The translations under genes and the position numbers were made by a program. From positions 1 through 16,196 of the forward strand of contig JBMFKQ010000001.1 in NCBI GenBank assembly GCA_049972095.1: a DNA stretch of 16,196 bases. The letters run 5' to 3'. The notes under the pieces are model-generated. The model saw only the letters and a list, made by a program, of their open reading frames with translations, was not told where the DNA came from and ran no database searches. Shown here piece by piece: positions 14,401 through 16,196 of this stretch. How positions within the stretch are numbered: the stretch's first letter is position 1; every line of letters begins with the position of its first letter. The stretch comes from Elusimicrobiales bacterium. Its GTDB lineage: Bacteria > Elusimicrobiota > Elusimicrobia > Elusimicrobiales > UBA9959.

Positions 14401-16196
14401 AATATCAGGAATAGCAGCTGGTTCGCCTGGTGAGGCATATGAGCTTTTTAGAGAAAGAGCTCTTGATGATATACTTGAAGGTAAGAATCTTATTGAACCG
14501 ATACCAATGGAGTGGAGAAAAAAACAGATTGATAAAAACATAATAAGGGTTGTTAAGTCTGATACAGGAGAACACGAGATTCTTAAAATAGAATCGATTG
14601 ATGATGCTATAAAACTTTCTGCAAGAAAAGGTAGGTTTGATATAGTCGAGGAGTTTGGAGTGCCAAAGAAGATTGCTGATGCAATGAACAGCACTTTCAG
14701 AATGGCTATCGCTGCTGGAATACTTGCTCTTAAAGATGCTCATATTCCTCTCATTCATTACTACAGAAAGACTACCATAGGAAGCTGGCTTCCTGATAAA
14801 TGGGCACTTCCTCCCCAACTTGCTGATGAGACAGGTGTTATATTTGCATCTGCATTTCCTACAATGGAGTCAATAATAAAGGAGATCACTGACTATTTTA
14901 TGGATAAATATTCATCTGTTGGGGATGATAGATTATGGGAAATCTATGAGAATATAGTTGATAGACTACATTGCGAGGAGGATAAGAAGGAGATAAGAAA
15001 GTGGATGAAGGAGAATATCTCTATGTTTTCAGAAGGGCATTCTGGAAGATATCAGTTTTCTCAAAATTTCCTTCTTAAGGTTATACCTATAGCAGATAGT
15101 CAATTTGCTGAGTTTGTAGGTGCAAAAGGCCCTGCGATACATCTAAGTGCAGCATGTGCCTCGACAACTCAGGCAGTTCATGTTGCTGAATCGTGGATAA
15201 GAGCTGGTAAGTGCAAAAGGGTTGTTGTAATTGCTGCTGATGATATAACAAATGAGCTTATGCAGGAATGGACAATGCCAGGATTTCTTGCAAGTGGCAC
15301 AGCAACAACGAAGGAGATTGTAGAAGAGGCAGCTCTTCCTTTTGATAGAAGAAGACATGGTTTGATAGTTGGAAGTGGTGCAGTTGCTCTTGTTATTGAG
15401 GATGAAACTGAGGTTAGAAAGAGGGGTGTTATGCCTCTTGCAAGATTACTTCTAACGGAGGCAAGGAATAGCGCCTATCATATAACAAGGCTTGATACTG
15501 AAGATGTTGCTGAGGTTATGGATAAATTTATAGGCAAGGTTGAGAAGATATATGGTCTTAAAAGAAGCGAGATAGCATCAAAAACACTTTTTGTTTCCCA
15601 TGAAACATATACGCCAAGAAAGGGAGGCAGTGCCTCTGCAGAGGTTAATGCTCTTAAAAAGGCTTTTAAAGAGCATGCTTGTGAGGTTGTGGTAAGTAAT
15701 GTGAAAGGCTTTACAGGACATACAATGGGTGCTTCAATTGAGGATGCTATTGCTGTTAGAGCTCTTAATACAGGGATAATTCCTCCAATAGCAAACTACA
15801 AAGAACCTGATCCAGAGCTTGAGGGTATAAATCTATCAAAGGGTGGAAAGTATGAACTTAAATATGCAATAAGATTTGCTGCGGGATTTGGTTCTCATAT
15901 AGGAATTAGCTTTATAGAAAAGATATGGGATGCATCAGAAAAAAGGGTTTTTGACCAGAATAGATACTACCAGTGGTTAAAACAGATAAGTGGTTATGAT
16001 AAACCAGAGCTTGAGGTTGTTAAAAAAACACTTCGGATAAAAGATCAGGCTCCGGCTGAAAAGCAAGAGAGTGAGATTGATAAAACCTCTCAGCAGGCGC
16101 TTGAGGTTGAGATTAAAGATGTTAAAGCTGATAAGTTAGCTGTTAAGGGTTTAGATGAGAATGAGGTGCTTGATACGATTATAAGGATAATATCTG
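11411..16196 (+). CDS. type I PKS/FAS megasynthase, PfaA-like, KS-AT-KS-(probable ACP start); 3' partial
   Basis: Manual translation, open to the window end: MSSFNEKIAIVGLG, EVPKDRW, DKTYSKIGGF; KS1 DAACASS (Cys 12050), ECHGTAT (His 12452), KSNIGHT (His 12569), SSFGFGGTNFH; AT FPGQGSQ (13241), GHSLG (Ser 13532), SHAFHS (13838); KS2 PIAISG (~14393), SAACAST (Cys 15155), SHETYT (His 15599), KGFTGHT (His 15719), AAGFGSH; then a charged linker and EVLDTIIRIIS. Confidence 0.93.
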   Translation, partial: MSSFNEKIAIVGLGVIAPDASNKDEFWKNILSKRNSITEVPKDRWDPALYYDPDPKAKDKTYSKIGGFIKDFKFEPLKYKIPPVTAAQIGRLQQLTIEATRMALEDASYKADKWVAERVGVVIANAMGAMRKEFTDLRVYKFFNEEIISKTNVFRELSNEQKKKLIEEYEKYIDECIIDITEDTMPGELANVTSGRIANIFNFKGPNLILDAACASSIAALDYAVMALRMRKVDVVVAGGADEMMSPAAYVKFCKVGALSPDGSFPFDKRANGFVMGEAVVIYILKRLSDAINDKDRIYAVINAIGASSDGRGKGITAPNPQGQKLAIENTFKELDYTPADVDWIECHGTATKVGDATECLVLKQIFQPHLNGSKLMVSSVKSNIGHTKAAAGAVSIAKAALSLYHKVLPPSANFQYPNPDIDFSIIDVITEPRDWKKNGIRRVNVSSFGFGGTNFHVAMEEYIEEKTLYHLNSSYQNASIKGEDAMKNTIEVKEDKKAPFSLLQGETFTLTAKNPSELLEKINELKNKVFDLPDPYPQTIISIALNEISQDEFGLSVVSRSPKDLLEKLDFVKKNYSVGIFDELPLNFKLKGIYTFKRKTNYGRKIGFIFPGQGSQYVDMMKDLAMKYEVVMETFREADRILDKMIGVKLTDVLWSKDGETKEEIVKREEAIKQTQMTQPAVMTADMAMFRLLSSFGIKPDMVMGHSLGEYAAATAAGIFSFENGLRAVTSRAKEMSNIKVKDPGKMASIAWSYEKVEEQLKKINGYVVVANKNCPIQTVIAGEKEAVDDAIRLFKALGVEAQEIAVSHAFHSEIIRPAIEPYRAFLMKIPIKSWDIPILSNVTADFFPKDTQAIYDLLVTQMVSSVEFINQIRKMYDEGVRIFIECGPKRVLSAFVTETLKGKDDVFILSTNHPKRGGIYDFNDAIANLITVNFKLNWSDKHITKDSKFYNPYYLNWALGFIKNAENNLKLEVNDVNFNITEFAKNYGFNFNPIAISGIAAGSPGEAYELFRERALDDILEGKNLIEPIPMEWRKKQIDKNIIRVVKSDTGEHEILKIESIDDAIKLSARKGRFDIVEEFGVPKKIADAMNSTFRMAIAAGILALKDAHIPLIHYYRKTTIGSWLPDKWALPPQLADETGVIFASAFPTMESIIKEITDYFMDKYSSVGDDRLWEIYENIVDRLHCEEDKKEIRKWMKENISMFSEGHSGRYQFSQNFLLKVIPIADSQFAEFVGAKGPAIHLSAACASTTQAVHVAESWIRAGKCKRVVVIAADDITNELMQEWTMPGFLASGTATTKEIVEEAALPFDRRRHGLIVGSGAVALVIEDETEVRKRGVMPLARLLLTEARNSAYHITRLDTEDVAEVMDKFIGKVEKIYGLKRSEIASKTLFVSHETYTPRKGGSASAEVNALKKAFKEHACEVVVSNVKGFTGHTMGASIEDAIAVRALNTGIIPPIANYKEPDPELEGINLSKGGKYELKYAIRFAAGFGSHIGISFIEKIWDASEKRVFDQNRYYQWLKQISGYDKPELEVVKKTLRIKDQAPAEKQESEIDKTSQQALEVEIKDVKADKLAVKGLDENEVLDTIIRIIS

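Noticed and set aside
255..15358. Short ORFs in the track overlapping longer genes (e.g. 255-449, 952-1224, 3868-4173, 4170-4469, 9281-9565, 12882-13085, 13258-13569, 14374-14818, 15143-15358)
   Set aside because: They are antisense or off-frame shadows of well-supported genes, with no motifs or start signals.
8161..16196. Genomic island integrated at tRNA-Val
   Set aside because: No integrase or transposase, no duplicated tRNA 3' end seen in the window and no obvious compositional break; the far boundary is outside the window, so it is unsupported rather than excluded.
1..16196. CRISPR array, rRNA or insertion sequence
   Set aside because: No regularly spaced direct repeats, rRNA-like segments or transposase motifs were seen.

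Overview
AT-rich bacterial chromosomal window; the lolC/E-lolD genes imply a diderm. Left half (minus strand): a polytopic membrane/TPR protein and a MurC-family ligase, then an overlapping operon of stand-alone response regulator, lysS, lolC/E, lolD and a PP-loop (Dph6/DUF71-like) ATPase, plus a possible partial ORF at the left edge. Centre: tRNA-Val(TAC) without encoded CCA, behind a symmetric, putatively bidirectional promoter. Right half: two tandem paralogous radical SAM genes converging on a SufS-like PLP enzyme with an altered active-site loop. Divergent from that is a large ORF absent from the supplied track (11411 to beyond the window end, at least 1595 codons). It encodes a PfaA-like type I PKS/FAS with an unusual KS-AT-KS-(probable ACP) order, both KS domains keeping Cys-His-His triads. 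Non-coding signals of note: a ~70-80 nt rod-like hairpin ahead of the regulator-lysS operon, repeated -10 boxes 6-8 nt before SD-less start codons (possible leaderless mRNAs), and an SD-occluding hairpin in the PKS leader. All calls come from manual translation and motif recognition; no searches were run.
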